A stretch of DNA of 64,000 nt. Source: Thermoplasmatales archaeon (GTDB lineage: Archaea; Thermoplasmatota; E2; DHVEG-1). The stretch is from contig JBFYMG010000053.1 in assembly GCA_041305025.1 (NCBI GenBank), positions 308 to 64,307 on the forward strand. Direction: 5' to 3'. Below the pieces are notes generated by a model. The model saw only the letters and a list, made by a program, of their open reading frames with translations. It was not told the origin of the DNA and did no database searches. Both the position numbers and the translations under genes were made by a program. Positions 18,488-29,200 of the stretch are shown here, piece after piece. The stretch's first letter is position 1; each line of letters begins with the position of its first letter.

Positions 18488-19627
18488 TTATGCATCTTTT
18501 GCTTTTCGTATTTGGTGTTCGATTGCTTCGTAGGCATTTTTCATTGCTTGCATCGGCCCATGGCCTTCATGAGATGCATAAAAAATCCCGCGTCGCGAGG
18601 ATAATTTCATCTCGCAGACGACCCGATGGATACCATGTTTTGCCTCTTTATGTTGCTCCAATGAAACGTGTAGATATCCGGTTTCAAGGAATTTTTCATA
18701 ATGATTTAGGAATTCTACTCTGAGAAAACTGGATACTTGTTCTTTATCAAATCCATCGACTTTTTTGGTGTTGTGGTGGAACTGGATCTCAAAAGGCTCT
18801 GGTTCTGTAAGTCCGACGAAGGGTGCAAGAAGCTCTTTATGGGTGACTATCCCGTGAAGATTGTTATCTTTTCCAATGAGAATGCCATCTTGGTCGAATT
18901 TATTCATGCGAATATGTACATCTTGTATTGTTGCATCTGGTGACATGAGCAATGGTTTTTCATCCATGATATTTTTTACGAGCAAGTCAAGTTTTTTATT
19001 TTTTTCTCCATTAGAATAGCCATGTCCCGTCCATCCTCCGGTTCTGGCGCCGGGATGCATCACCTTTTCAATAATATCTTCCATGGTAATTGCACCGACG
19101 ATTTTTGTATGATCGACAACCGCAAGGTAAGGAATGTTATGTTGTTGAAACATATTGATGACTTTCCCGATTGTTTCCTCCGGGCTTATTGAAAGTGGTT
19201 GTGTACACATGATGGTTTTTATCGGCTGTGATCCAGAATTTTGTTCAGTGAGTTTTCTCACTACATCATCTGCGGTGACAATGCCAACGAAGACATCAGT
19301 ATCTATAACTGGAAGATGATAAACATCGTTCTCATTCATGAGGCGAGCAATCTCTTCAACTGGAGTTTTTGGAGAAAGTTTTGGAGTATGCGTTAAAAAG
19401 GTGTGGACTTTTGTTTCAAGCGAAATCTTTGGCTCCATAAGACATCGTTTCAAAAGCATTCCTTGGTATTTTTCTTTATCCATGACGACGATTGCATCCG
19501 TATCTTTAAACAGAGATAATACTTTGGAAAATGTTTCATTTGCATCTATCTTTACAACATCTTGATTTATTATGTCTTTAGCAGATACCATAATATCACT
19601 TCTTTTTAGTGTAGCAGGAAAGTCCAT
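18488..19627 (-). CDS. CBS-domain protein (about four CBS repeats) fused to an HPF/RaiA-like C-terminal domain
   Basis: 379 aa. It has repeated CBS-type segments. The C-terminal 100 aa (FEIQFHHNTKKVD...YLHVSLEQHKEAKHGIHRVVCEMKL...ASHEGHGPMQAMKNAYEAIEHQIRKAKD) follows the HPF/YfiA pattern. Confidence 0.7.
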   Translation of the reverse strand: MDFPATLKRSDIMVSAKDIINQDVVKIDANETFSKVLSLFKDTDAIVVMDKEKYQGMLLKRCLMEPKISLETKVHTFLTHTPKLSPKTPVEEIARLMNENDVYHLPVIDTDVFVGIVTADDVVRKLTEQNSGSQPIKTIMCTQPLSISPEETIGKVINMFQQHNIPYLAVVDHTKIVGAITMEDIIEKVMHPGARTGGWTGHGYSNGEKNKKLDLLVKNIMDEKPLLMSPDATIQDVHIRMNKFDQDGILIGKDNNLHGIVTHKELLAPFVGLTEPEPFEIQFHHNTKKVDGFDKEQVSSFLRVEFLNHYEKFLETGYLHVSLEQHKEAKHGIHRVVCEMKLSSRRGIFYASHEGHGPMQAMKNAYEAIEHQIRKAKDA

Positions 19628-19770
19628 TATAAATGTTTGTTACAGGCGGGGTCATCAATTTATTTAAAAAAATAATATAACTAGAATTAATTAGTTAATA
19701 ATCTGGAAATGTTTAAATAAACATTATCCATATGGGTTAACGTCTGTTAAGTTTTGACAGGGGGTAAAAA

Positions 19771-21585
19771 ATGAAAAAGTTGTTACCGTTATTTGTAGTA
19801 GGAATTTTGGTCCTTAGTGGACTTGGAGCTGTTTCTATAAGCAATAAAACAACCAATGATTTGAAAATCAAGACAGAATCAATTGCTATTTCTGAACCTG
19901 CCATCAAAGATGCAGGCCAATATGTGACATTAATTCTAGAAGAAGCAGCATCATCTCTTTTAGATTCTGGAAAACCCGTGCTGCCTGCTTTAACAAAGGT
20001 GTTTACCTTTCCATTTGGAACAAAAATTAGTAGTGTTGATGTGAGTTTTTCTGAAACAAATGAACTAGTTTTGTCAAAAGAAGTTAAGCCTACAGCCGAA
20101 CCGGTTCCAGTAGGCTCAAAGGTAGCAAATGAACCGATAAAAGATACGACAGTATATGGAAGCGCAGAGCTGTATCCGGCCACAAGTTATAGTTATACCA
20201 CCGGAGCAGGTTTGGACGGCAAAGATCACGTTGTTTATCTTGCTGTACAATGTTATCCTGTTAGATATTCTCCTGCTAAAAACACTATTTATTATAGTGA
20301 AAGCGCTGAAATCCAAGTAACCTATGAAGAACCCGCGACTCCAACAGTATTTTCTGATCAGTATGATCTCGTTATTATATCCCCTTCTGAATTTTCAAAC
20401 GAACTACAACCTTTGATTGATCACAAGATCAATATGGATGTCAATACCATACTGAAGACGACCGAGGACATATATTCGGAGTATAACGGTTTTGATCAGG
20501 CTGAAAAAATAAAATACTTTATTAAAGATGCAATTGAAACCTGGGGTGCAGAGTATGTTCTGCTTGTTGGAAGAGTTGATAAGTTACCCATCAGAACCAC
20601 ATGGTTTCATGCAAGACACCACGAACATTATTGGAATGAAACCGTTCTATCTGATCTTTACTATGCTGACATATACGATACAAATGGGGACTTTTGTAGC
20701 TGGGATTCCAATGGAAATGGCTTGTACGGGGAAATTTATGAGGATTGCCCTGGTGTAGAAGATATATTTGACCTTTATCCGGATGTTAACGTCGGTCGTT
20801 TGCCCTGCGAAAAGAATTCAGAAGTTAGAGTAGTTGTTAATAAGATAATAAACTATGAAACAGGCACCTTTGGTAAGAGCTGGTTCAATAACATAATTCT
20901 CGTAGGAGGCGATACATTCCCAGGTTGGAATGGAAATGAAGGTGAAGAAAAAAACCTGATTACAGAACAAATAATGTCAGAGTTTACACCAATAAAATTA
21001 TGGACTTCCGACGGCACATTTAATGCACGGTCACTAAATAAGGCAATAAATAGAGGTGCTGGATTTATTGATTATTCTGGCCATGGCTTTGAGATAGGAG
21101 TTGCTACCCATCCGCCAGAAAGTAGCGATACGGATTGGGTGGCTTATCACACTAACAATCTTCTAGGCGCTATGAATGGAAATAAGCTCCCCATTGTCTT
21201 CTTTGATGCCTGTCTAACTGCAAAACTTGATTTCAATTTTTCTGAACTTGTAGGCTATGGCGCCAAAAATTTACAGCCCATCGTAAATAAATTTAGTAAG
21301 ATAGCGTCTAAGCTTATTCCCACTTTTGCATGGTGCATAGTGAGAAAGAGTAATGGTGGTGCTATCGCAACTATAGGTGCTACTAGGACAGCCTTTGGAG
21401 GTATAGATAGTGGTGCCGGTTATATATCGCTCCGCTTTTTTGAGGCTTATTCAACTAGTGAAACAGTGTCTCAGATGTTGACAAAAGCACAGAATGATTA
21501 CATCACATATATCCCGTTTGATCGCTTTACTGTTGAAGAATTCATCCTCATAGGAGATCCGAGCCTAAAGATAGGGGGATACTAA
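19771..21585 (+). CDS. Secreted peptidase C25 (gingipain-like), no PKD-like module
   Basis: 604 aa with a signal peptide. YVLLVGRVDKLP, DLYYADIYD, NVGRLP, a His in YSGHGFE and a Cys in FFDACLTA. Confidence 0.75.
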   Translation: MKKLLPLFVVGILVLSGLGAVSISNKTTNDLKIKTESIAISEPAIKDAGQYVTLILEEAASSLLDSGKPVLPALTKVFTFPFGTKISSVDVSFSETNELVLSKEVKPTAEPVPVGSKVANEPIKDTTVYGSAELYPATSYSYTTGAGLDGKDHVVYLAVQCYPVRYSPAKNTIYYSESAEIQVTYEEPATPTVFSDQYDLVIISPSEFSNELQPLIDHKINMDVNTILKTTEDIYSEYNGFDQAEKIKYFIKDAIETWGAEYVLLVGRVDKLPIRTTWFHARHHEHYWNETVLSDLYYADIYDTNGDFCSWDSNGNGLYGEIYEDCPGVEDIFDLYPDVNVGRLPCEKNSEVRVVVNKIINYETGTFGKSWFNNIILVGGDTFPGWNGNEGEEKNLITEQIMSEFTPIKLWTSDGTFNARSLNKAINRGAGFIDYSGHGFEIGVATHPPESSDTDWVAYHTNNLLGAMNGNKLPIVFFDACLTAKLDFNFSELVGYGAKNLQPIVNKFSKIASKLIPTFAWCIVRKSNGGAIATIGATRTAFGGIDSGAGYISLRFFEAYSTSETVSQMLTKAQNDYITYIPFDRFTVEEFILIGDPSLKIGGY

Positions 21586-21750
21586 AGAGTTTATAGTTTC
21601 TTAAAAATCAGCCGCAGTCAACAATCACAAAATAACAAATATGTAATTGATTACCCCCCATTGTTAACCTAGAAAATTCTTTGACCTATATGCTAGGTGA
21701 AACCCCAAATCTTAAAATAACACAATCGATTACAGGACGGGGTAGATTTT

Positions 21751-23001
21751 ATGGTAGTAAATTATGACAGATTGTTTTCAAGGCGCTCAAAAATACAAAA
21801 ATCATCCGAGATAAGAGAATTGCTTAAACTTACCCAGAGCCCCGATTTTATATCGCTTGGAGGTGGCTTACCAAATCCTGAAGCATTTCCTGTAGATATA
21901 ATCCACGAATGCATAGAGAAGGTTTTCAAAACAAATATTCTTAATGCCCTGCAATACGGTACAACAGAAGGATTACCGCTCCTCAGAGAAGTCATCGCCG
22001 AAAGAATGAAAAAAAAGAAAAATATAGACTGCGAGCTTCACGACATCCTAATAACGAGTGGCGCACAACAGGCCCTCTCCTTTGTAGCATTCAACTTTTT
22101 AGACTCAGGGGATACATATATGACGAGCGCACCAACGTATCTAGGAGCACTTCAAGCTTTCCATGCCTATGAAGCAAACTGTGAATCCATACCAATGAAC
22201 GATGATGGAATAGATATCGGTGCTTTGCGCAGAAACCTTGCAAGACTCCACAGAACCGGCATCATCCCTAAATTCTACTATACTGTTGCTACGTTCCAGA
22301 ATCCATCTGGAGAGACAATCCCGCTAGAACAAAGAAAAGAACTTTTGGAACTAGCTTCAGAATATGATTTTTTAATCATCGAAGATGACCCCTATGGCGA
22401 TCTAGTATTCGAAGGAAAAGCTGTACCACCCATTAAATCATTTGACACTAAAGGTAGAGTGGTCTACATAAGCACGTTTTCAAAGATTCTGGCGCCTGGT
22501 TTTAGGTTGGCTTGGGTTATTGCATCAGAAGAAATCATCAACAAATTTGCGCTTACGAAACAATCAATGGATTTATGCTCAAACGTATTCACTCAGTACG
22601 TAGCCTATGAGTATGTAAAAGGAGGCTACCTGGACAAGCAAGTTGAGCAAATTAGAAAGTTATACAAACACAAGCGTGACGTCATGCTCGAAGCACTCAA
22701 AAAATATTTCCCAAAAGGTGCAAAATGGACTGTTCCGCATGGAGGATTGTTCTTGTGGGTTACATTACCAAAAAGTGTTAACACTCGACTGATGTTCAAA
22801 AGAGCTATCGCTAAAAAAGTCGCCTATGTAGTAGGGGATTCGTTCTATTCGGATGGTAGTAATTATAACTCCATGCGCCTGAATTTTTCATACTCGGGTG
22901 ATGAAGTTATAAGAGAAGGGATAAGACGACTTGCAGAAGTTATCAAAGAGGAAATGGCCGTATCATACGAAAAAGAACCTTTCTTTGCTGAAGGAGTGTA
23001 A
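21751..23001 (+). CDS. PLP-dependent aminotransferase, class I/II (ARO8/LysN-like)
   Basis: 416 aa. ISLGGGLPNPEAFP, QYGTTEGLPLLRE, and a PLP-lysine context in STFSKILAPGFRLAW. Confidence 0.85.
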   Translation: MVVNYDRLFSRRSKIQKSSEIRELLKLTQSPDFISLGGGLPNPEAFPVDIIHECIEKVFKTNILNALQYGTTEGLPLLREVIAERMKKKKNIDCELHDILITSGAQQALSFVAFNFLDSGDTYMTSAPTYLGALQAFHAYEANCESIPMNDDGIDIGALRRNLARLHRTGIIPKFYYTVATFQNPSGETIPLEQRKELLELASEYDFLIIEDDPYGDLVFEGKAVPPIKSFDTKGRVVYISTFSKILAPGFRLAWVIASEEIINKFALTKQSMDLCSNVFTQYVAYEYVKGGYLDKQVEQIRKLYKHKRDVMLEALKKYFPKGAKWTVPHGGLFLWVTLPKSVNTRLMFKRAIAKKVAYVVGDSFYSDGSNYNSMRLNFSYSGDEVIREGIRRLAEVIKEEMAVSYEKEPFFAEGV

Positions 23002-23045
23002 TAAAAAACTCAAAAATCTAAAATTTACAAAAATAAAATATTTTC

Positions 23046-23246
23046 CTAGGCGCTCTTCAAATCCTCTTCCATCATTTTTTCTAGCTCTTTGTCAACACCT
23101 TGCGCTCTTGCGATATGTTGCAGTTCAGAAATAATATTCTCCCATACTACCTGCTGCGCTAACGCATAGTCCCACATGTCAAGTCGTTTTGGCCCATCTC
23201 CCTTTTTGAATTCTTCCATAAATTCTTTTTTATCTTCTTCATTCAT
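23046..23246 (-). CDS. Small acidic hypothetical protein (paralog 2)
   Basis: 66 aa: MNEEDKKEFMEEFKKGDGPKRLDMWDYALAQQVVWENIISELQHIARAQG.... It is a paralog of the ORF immediately upstream. Confidence 0.5.
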   Translation of the reverse strand: MNEEDKKEFMEEFKKGDGPKRLDMWDYALAQQVVWENIISELQHIARAQGVDKELEKMMEEDLKSA

Positions 23247-23418
23247 CGTCCATCATTCCCTTCTTAGGATTCTGCGCCTGGGCAATCGCAGACATTTCAG
23301 CGATGATTTCCTCCCATAATCCCTCTTGATCCAACGCGTAATACCATAGGTCTAGCTTTTTTGGTAAATCTGCTTTTTTGAAATCTTCAAGAAATGCTTT
23401 TTGATCTTTCTCGTTCAT
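23239..23418 (-). CDS. Small acidic hypothetical protein (paralog 1, below the ORF-track length cutoff)
   Basis: 59 aa from my own translation: MNEKDQKAFLEDFKKADLPKKLDLWYYALDQEGLWEEIIAEMSAIAQAQNPKKGMMDDE. It overlaps paralog 2 by 8 nt. Confidence 0.5.
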   Translation of the reverse strand: MNEKDQKAFLEDFKKADLPKKLDLWYYALDQEGLWEEIIAEMSAIAQAQNPKKGMMDDE

Positions 23419-23550
23419 ATCTACTAATAGTTATATGTAATGTATTATTAATTTTTATTTCTATTTTCAACATTTGATAAATAGTGATTTTTTAATTAAA
23501 AATTGAAATGTTCAGTTTTTAATTAGAAATATCTCTCACCAGATATATTT

Positions 23551-26136
23551 TCAGTTACTTATCTTTTGATGTACCGATTGCCGTTTCTTACGTCTTTGCG
23601 TTACTGCCTTAAGAATTTCAAACCATACAACACTAACTATTCCAGCAACGAGGCAGATTATTATATCGATCCAATGTAGCGCAGAGAATTTGAACAGCCC
23701 GCGAAGGAAAGGAATGAGGAGCACCAAGCCAAGAAAAACCAATGCTCCTGCTACTACAACCCAGAGTGCATTATTTTTTGATCGCAAGGTCCCTAGTATA
23801 GTACGAGACCACGAACGGTTTGTAAAGATGAGACCAAGGTTTGCAATGACAAGAGTTGTAAACGTCAAAGCACGTGCATCCTCTTCACCTTGCCCTCGAG
23901 ATATTGCTATGCAGTATACAATTAGAAGAATAGCAAGAACACTAAAACCTTGAAACATACTTACCAGAAGAGTACGTTTGTTAAATAATGGCTCTTTCGA
24001 ATTTCGTGGTGGCCGTTTCATTACATCTGATTCTTCTGGTTCTGCTTCAAACGCTACAGAACAAGATGGATCTATAACCAATTCAAGAAATACGATATGA
24101 ACCGGGAAAAGAATAAGAGGCCAATTAAATAAAATAGGTATAACCGACAGGCCTGCAATTGGAATATGAACTGCAATAATATAGCTCATCGCTTTTTTGA
24201 TATTATCGTAAATCCGCCGTCCCATCCTCACAGCCTGTACAATGAATGAAAAATCATCATCTAGAAGTACAATCGACGATGATTCTCTTGCCACATCAGT
24301 TCCGCGACCGCCCATTGCTATACCAATATGTGCAGATTTCAGTGCAGGAGCATCGTTCACTCCATCACCAGTCATCGCAACAATTTCACCATTCTCTTTC
24401 AGGGAATTTACGATACGGAGTTTTTGCTCTGGCACTACCCGTGCGCAAACATTCACATTTCGTATCCGCTCTTGAAGCTCTGCGTCATTCATCGCGTTGA
24501 GTTCAGGACCTGTCAGTATGTTATCATAATTTTTTAAACCGATTTCCTTTGCAATGCTCTGGGCAGTACCAGGATAATCTCCAGTGATCATAATAACTCG
24601 CATACCGGCAGCATAACATTCTACAACTGCCTCTGGCACGCTCGGACGAACTGGATCGACAAATCCAATTAAACCAACAAATTCAAACTTAAAATCATGT
24701 TGCTTGTCAGGAAGATCAGTTTTCTTGAAATACGCCTTTGCAACCCCTATGATCCGAAGGCCTTCAGCAGCCATTGAACTAATTTGCTTTGAAAGCTCTT
24801 GCATTTGCTTTTTATTGAAATGACACAAATCTGCAATTGCTTCAGGTGCTCCTTTTGCAGCAATGATGTACTCTTTTCCATCTGGAGAACTCATCACATG
24901 AGACATCGCAAGTAACTCTCTTGACAAAGGATACTCCTGTACAACCACCCAATCTTTATGGATATGTTCGGTGTTTGAAAGAGTGGTATCGCCAACTTGT
25001 TTCAACGCTTTTTCCATGGGATCAAACGGTTCTTTTTTGCTGGCAAGTATTCCAAATTCTACAAGCTCATGAAAAGCCTCAGGCAAAGCCTGTTTTTCTT
25101 CAGCGATATTATGAAACTTGCCATTAGCATAAATCTTTCGAACGGACATGCGGTTCATTGTAAGTGTTCCAGTCTTATCTACACAGAGAACAGTTGCTGC
25201 ACCGAGTGTTTCAATAGCAGGAATACGACGAGCCAATGCATTATTTTTCGAAAGCCGCCATGCACCTAGTGCAAGAAAGATAGTTAAAACAACCGGGAAT
25301 TCCTCAGGTAGAATTGCCATAGCAAGAGTGATACCTGCCAAAAATCCATTAACCCAACTGTTAGAATCAGTGGCCATTCTAGTCAAGCCATATCCAACAA
25401 CAACGACAACACAGAGAATGAAACCTATTATTGCCAAGTTTTTGACAAATTTTCTAGTTTCTTTTTGAAGTAGGGTATCCTCAGTTTCAAGTGTCTGTAA
25501 TGCTTTACCAATCTTGCCCATCTCTGTTTGCATTCCAATTTCCAATACCTTTGCAATTCCTTGACCACCAACAACCAAAGTCCCTGAATATATGAATGGA
25601 AGATCGTCACCGCCAGGTGTGGTTTTTTGCATGGATCCATCCCATTGTAGTTTTCGAACAGGAGCGGATTCGCCGGTGAGCAAAGATTCGTCTACCGATA
25701 AATGGCTGCTAGATAGAATCACCGCATCAGCAGGCACGCGATCCCCTTCAGACATAACAAGAATATCGCCTCTAACTACTTCACGACCAGGAATTCTTTT
25801 CTGTTGGCCGTCTCTAATGACCGAAGCACGAGGGCTCGATAGGTCGCGAAGGGCTTCAAGAGCACGTTCGGTTTTTCTTTCCTGGTACAATGTGATTCCT
25901 ATAATGACAAATACAAAGCCCAGGAGCATTAGAGCTTCTTCTTTTTCTCCTAAAAATAGATACAGTGTGCCTGCAGCAATTAGCAACAAAAACATTGGTT
26001 CGCGTACAACTTCAAATGCAATAGCCAATGTACTTCTTTTCTTTGAGGAAGGGAGTTCGTTATAGCCATCTTTTAGTATTCTCTCGGCCACCTCTTTTCC
26101 AGATAGCCCTTTATAATCTTTGATTTCATTGACCAT
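23551..26136 (-). CDS. P-type cation-transporting ATPase (P2, Ca2+-ATPase-like)
   Basis: 861 aa. CVDKTGTLT phosphorylation motif, TGDGVNDAPALK hinge, PEEFP in TM4, and 10 predicted TM-type segments. Confidence 0.9.
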   Translation of the reverse strand: MVNEIKDYKGLSGKEVAERILKDGYNELPSSKKRSTLAIAFEVVREPMFLLLIAAGTLYLFLGEKEEALMLLGFVFVIIGITLYQERKTERALEALRDLSSPRASVIRDGQQKRIPGREVVRGDILVMSEGDRVPADAVILSSSHLSVDESLLTGESAPVRKLQWDGSMQKTTPGGDDLPFIYSGTLVVGGQGIAKVLEIGMQTEMGKIGKALQTLETEDTLLQKETRKFVKNLAIIGFILCVVVVVGYGLTRMATDSNSWVNGFLAGITLAMAILPEEFPVVLTIFLALGAWRLSKNNALARRIPAIETLGAATVLCVDKTGTLTMNRMSVRKIYANGKFHNIAEEKQALPEAFHELVEFGILASKKEPFDPMEKALKQVGDTTLSNTEHIHKDWVVVQEYPLSRELLAMSHVMSSPDGKEYIIAAKGAPEAIADLCHFNKKQMQELSKQISSMAAEGLRIIGVAKAYFKKTDLPDKQHDFKFEFVGLIGFVDPVRPSVPEAVVECYAAGMRVIMITGDYPGTAQSIAKEIGLKNYDNILTGPELNAMNDAELQERIRNVNVCARVVPEQKLRIVNSLKENGEIVAMTGDGVNDAPALKSAHIGIAMGGRGTDVARESSSIVLLDDDFSFIVQAVRMGRRIYDNIKKAMSYIIAVHIPIAGLSVIPILFNWPLILFPVHIVFLELVIDPSCSVAFEAEPEESDVMKRPPRNSKEPLFNKRTLLVSMFQGFSVLAILLIVYCIAISRGQGEEDARALTFTTLVIANLGLIFTNRSWSRTILGTLRSKNNALWVVVAGALVFLGLVLLIPFLRGLFKFSALHWIDIIICLVAGIVSVVWFEILKAVTQRRKKRQSVHQKISN

Positions 26137-26160
26137 TAATTATTATTCTTCTCCTCCTCA

Positions 26161-26172
26161 CAACATATGTTG
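26161..26172. promoter_or_regulatory. Perfect 12-bp palindrome upstream of the ATPase start
   Basis: CAACATATGTTG sits immediately upstream of the GAGGAGGAG Shine-Dalgarno-like element and 25 nt from the ATPase ATG, in the 76-nt gap after the hdr operon. Confidence 0.3.
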
Positions 26173-26212
26173 ATCCCTAGAGCAGATAATATTCGACATA
26201 TTAAACCACTAT

Positions 26213-29200
26213 TTAGGTTATTTCATCAATCATTGGGAGTATTTGTTTGTCTTTGAAGCCATGCTGTTCTATTGCGCCAGATGGACATGCGCTTACGCAT
26301 GTTCCGCAACCTTGACACAACCCCTCATTAATTTTTGCATGAACAGTGCGTTTGCCATTTTTTTCTTCAGTTACAGAATCTATAGCTTTGTATGGACAAA
26401 CAGAAATACAAGTCTTACAACCGCTACACAAATCCTCGTTCACAAATGCAATGTTTGGCTCTGCTGCAAGTTTTGGTTGAGATAGAATCGTTGCCGCACG
26501 CGCAGCAGCGGCTTGAGCCTGATAGATAGATTCACCGATAAATTTTGGCGTATGACAATTTCCAGCTAAAAACACACCACGGGTCGAAAAATCAACTGGT
26601 CTCAACTTAACATGTGCTTCAAGGAAAAATCCATCATCATTTAAAGGAACTTTGAGCATCTTTGCTAATGAATCGTTATTCTTATCTGGTTGCAAACCTG
26701 AAGAAAGAACAAGATAATCAGCCGGTATCTTCAATGTCTCCGCAAGCATCGGCTCAAATGTTTTGACAATCAATCCATTCTTTAAATCGATTTCAGGTTT
26801 TTTCTCAGGATCATATTGTATAAACATGACTCCTTTCTCACGAGCATCTTTGTAGAATTTTTCTCTGAAACCATAAGTCATCAAATCACGATATAGAATG
26901 AACACTTCGGCGTGCGGATTTAATTCTTTGATCTTGATTGCATTTTTCACTGCTTGCATACAACATATTCTGCTGCAATAATGCCGCTCATTATCACGAG
27001 ATTCAACGCACTGCATCATTACAAAAGTCTGGCCATCGCAAATATCGTCAGGTCGACTTTCGCTAAGCTTTTTTTCCAGTTCGGATTGTGTTATTACTCT
27101 TGAATCCTTACCATAGTGATATGAATTCGGTTTGTACTCCTCTGCACCAACTGTCACCAAGACCACACCATGATTAAATTTAACCATATCGTTTGGTGTT
27201 TTAATCTCTGAATCGTAGCTCCCAACATAACCGCTGAGCGTTTTCAAAGTTGAGTTCGTGTAAACTTTTATCAAATCGTGTTTTTGAACTTTATCTACAG
27301 TTTCCTTGAGCAACCGACGTACATCTATGCCCTCGACCGTATGATATATTTTATTCAAATAACCACCAAGAACTGGCTCCTTTTCAACTAAAGCTGTTTC
27401 ATAACCCTGATCGGCAAGCGACAATGCTGCAGTCATCCCAGCGATTCCTCCACCGATGACCAAAGCCTTTTGAGTAACTGGAATTTCTGATTCAAATATT
27501 GGTTGTAAAAATCTCGTCTTAGCAACAGTCATTGCAATCAATTTTTTTGCTTTCTCTGTTGCCTCTTTTGGAATATCCATATGAACCCAAGAACACTGTT
27601 CGCGGATATTGGTCATCTCAAGAAGATGTTGATTCAGGCCGGCTTCACGAAGACTCTTCTTAAACAATGGCTCATGGGTGCGCGGTGTACATGCGGCCAC
27701 AATAACTCTATTCAACTTGTGCGTCTTGATCGCATCTGCTATCTTCTTCTGCGTATCCTCGGAGCAAGTATAGATATTGGCCTCTGCAAAAACAACATCA
27801 TCAAGAGAGCCAGCAAACTTGACAAGATCGGGAACGTCCAGATATCCGCCAATGTTGATACCGCAATGGCAAATAAAGACACCAATGCGTGGTTTTTCTT
27901 TAGAAATATCTCTTTCTGAAGGATATTTCTTTTCTTTGACCAAAGTACCTCTGACATCTCTAAGTAGTGCAGCAGCATTTGCGGCAGCAGCTGATGCTTG
28001 CATCACACTTTCAGGAATTGCCTGTGGTTCAAGGAAAGAGCCTGCGACAAAAATCCCAGGTTTTAGAACAACCGGGTCATCAGGAAGTGTTCGAATGAAA
28101 CCAAATTCATTTGCCTCAAAACCAAGATGCTCGATCAATTCATTACGCCGATCCTCAGCAACGCAAAGCCCAACAGACAAAACAACAAGATCAAAAGTTT
28201 CATCTTTAAATTCACCGGAATCATCCTCATATTTTATTGTAAGATCCTTCGTCTTTGGGTCCTCTGCAATCTCAGAGATACGGGATCTCACATACCGCAA
28301 ACCGTGTTGCTTTTTTGCTCGATCAATATACTTGTCAAAATCCTTGCCGTAGGATCGAATGTCTATGTAGAATACTGTCGGTTCAATATCAGCACTGTGC
28401 TCCTTTGCAATCACTGCTTCCTTGGCCGTATACATGCAACACATGGACGAACAATATTCATGATCAACGGATTTGTCGCGGGAACCCACACAGTGAATCC
28501 ACGCAATTTTTTTCGGATGTTTTTTATCACTCAATCTTAAAATCTTTCCCTGAAAAGGGCCAGACGCAGATAATATTCGCTCAAATTCAATACTTGTAAC
28601 CACATTTGCATATCGTTTGTAACCAAACTCGGGTTTCACAACAGGGTCGAATGGTTTAGAGCCAGTCGCGACAATGACTGCACCAACAGACAAATTCAAA
28701 GATTCTGGTTTTTCTTCATGGTTAATTGCACCAGATTTACACTCTTTCACACACTTCATGCAATCGACGCAACCACGATGCTTACCATCGCCTTCCTTAT
28801 CAATCGCATACGCATTGGGAATTGCCTGAGGATAGGGTTTGTAAATTGCCTTTCTTTTAACCAAACCATACTCAAATGCATTTGGAAGCGAAATCGGACA
28901 AACGGCTTCACATGACCCACATGATGTACATTTATTCAAATCAACATACCGCGGTTTTTTCAAAACATTAACTGTAAAATTCCCTGGTTTTCCCTCAATT
29001 TTTTGTATTTCAGCATTTGTCAATAACTCAATATTAGGATGACGTGCACAATCAACAAGTTTAGGAGACAAAATACACATAGAGCAGTCGTTCGTCGGAA
29101 AAGTTTTATCGAGCTGGGCCATCATGCCGCCAATTGCTGGTGTCTTTTCCAAAAGATAAACCTTGAACCCCATGTCAGCAAGATCTAGGGCAGCCTGTAC

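Noticed and set aside
24242-26065. Multiple plus-strand ORFs inside the P-type ATPase gene, and similar ORFs inside the hdr genes (27581-28915, 31679-35825, 36119-37362)
   Set aside because: They are antisense to long, motif-rich CDSs and have no recognisable motifs. They are typical shadow ORFs.
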